DNA of 63,781 nt, the filler included, from Phoronis australis (taxonomy: Eukaryota; Animalia; Phoronida): NCBI GenBank assembly GCA_002633005.1. It is 6 parts of 6 records of this genome, joined end to end, with 100 filler letters (N's around TTAATTAATTAA, not from the genome) between each part and the next. Parts side by side here need not be neighbours in the genome. Positions count along the whole stretch, not along the records: positions 60,473 to 63,781 come from NMRA01003096.1; 5 more parts are not named here. One strand, written 5' to 3'. A model generated the notes under the pieces. The model had not been told where the DNA came from. It saw only the letters and a list, made by a program, of their open reading frames with translations, and did not search any database. The position numbers and the translations under genes are program-made. Positions 63,123-63,781 of the stretch are shown piece by piece. How positions within the stretch are numbered: position 1 is the first letter of the stretch; the number at the start of each line of letters is the position of its first letter.

Positions 63123-63781
63123 CAATTGGTCAATTATAGAAGTCCTACCAGACTTAATCGGAGACATCTTTCCCTTCTTACTTGAGAGTAAATATTGATG
63201 TAAGATTAACAAACCTTACACGTAAGAAGACTAATATTCTTATACCATATCAACGCGCGCTAAGTCGTGACAAATAGAATCATACACCACTGACGTGATG
63301 TTTGGTACACTACAGGATGGATAAAGAAAAATTGTCCATTGTACGATGCTTGTTTGCTGAAATACGATTATTCTTTTTTGAAACTATTTGACTAGTTCAA
63401 AATTAACATTTCATTTTCATCAAAAAAGCAATGTGGAAATAAGTTAGACTTCTTAAGCCAACGACTGAACCAGTCGTCGTTTCCAAAGTGTATGAATGTG
63501 ACATGTGAATGAAAATACCCTAGTTTCAATATATTATTTGTATTATATACACTGGGCGTAGTGTGTTGCATTATGGCTAGGGTACATCCATGGAATAAGA
63601 TACTAAAAAGAGATCTGATTCGAAAGCCTTGATTGGTCCAGAGATTGTTCAACTGCCGTAAGACAGTCTCATTGTTTTCTTGCTACCAATTGGCTGTATT
63701 TGTGTGTTCAAACTAAGCAAAATGTACAGCTAATTGAATGCCTGGGCAAAGTGGGCAATGAGCCGAGTTCTCAGTAGATCT

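Noticed and set aside
1-63781. A single functional system linking the WSC, TALE, OFD1, ACLY and death-domain sequences, or a prokaryotic defence or retron system around the RT
   Set aside because: Apart from TALE and OFD1, these lie on different spacer-separated segments. The RT is an ordinary decayed eukaryotic LINE, and no operon-like organisation exists.

Overview
This window is animal (metazoan) genomic DNA, AT-rich and repeat-rich, not prokaryotic. A spiralian/lophotrochozoan invertebrate is the best guess, inferred from a divergent TALE homeobox and Helentron-type HINE repeats. Five identical 100-nt spacers (44 N + TTAATTAATTAA + 44 N) split it into six segments, so adjacency across them cannot be trusted. 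Most entries in the ORF track are spurious. Supported coding content: (1) three minus-strand, phase 1-1 WSC-domain exons (27334-27654, 21517-21804, 7590-7931), the middle one missed by the ORF track; (2) five phase-compatible exons of an OFD1-like centriolar gene (33502-37996), with a 15-bp satellite starting at one donor site; (3) a divergent TALE homeobox ORF on the opposite strand, apparently inside the next OFD1 intron; (4) two decayed ATP-citrate lyase exons, an unprocessed pseudogene (49379-49938); (5) a terminal death-domain exon (61865-62164); (6) a weakly supported multi-exon gene of unknown identity (45698-58571). The rest is mainly transposon debris: Helentron-type HINEs, CR1/L2-group and RTEX LINE relics, Tc1, Academ-like, THAP/Kolobok-like and Penelope fragments, MITEs, tRNA-derived SINE heads, and an unnamed CGACCC-headed dispersed repeat. 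I see no CRISPR array, rRNA or intact tRNA, and no convincing new multi-gene system. The best leads are the nested TALE gene, the splice-donor satellite, the WSC exon cluster and the ACLY pseudo-exons. All family assignments come from motif recognition by eye, without database searches.
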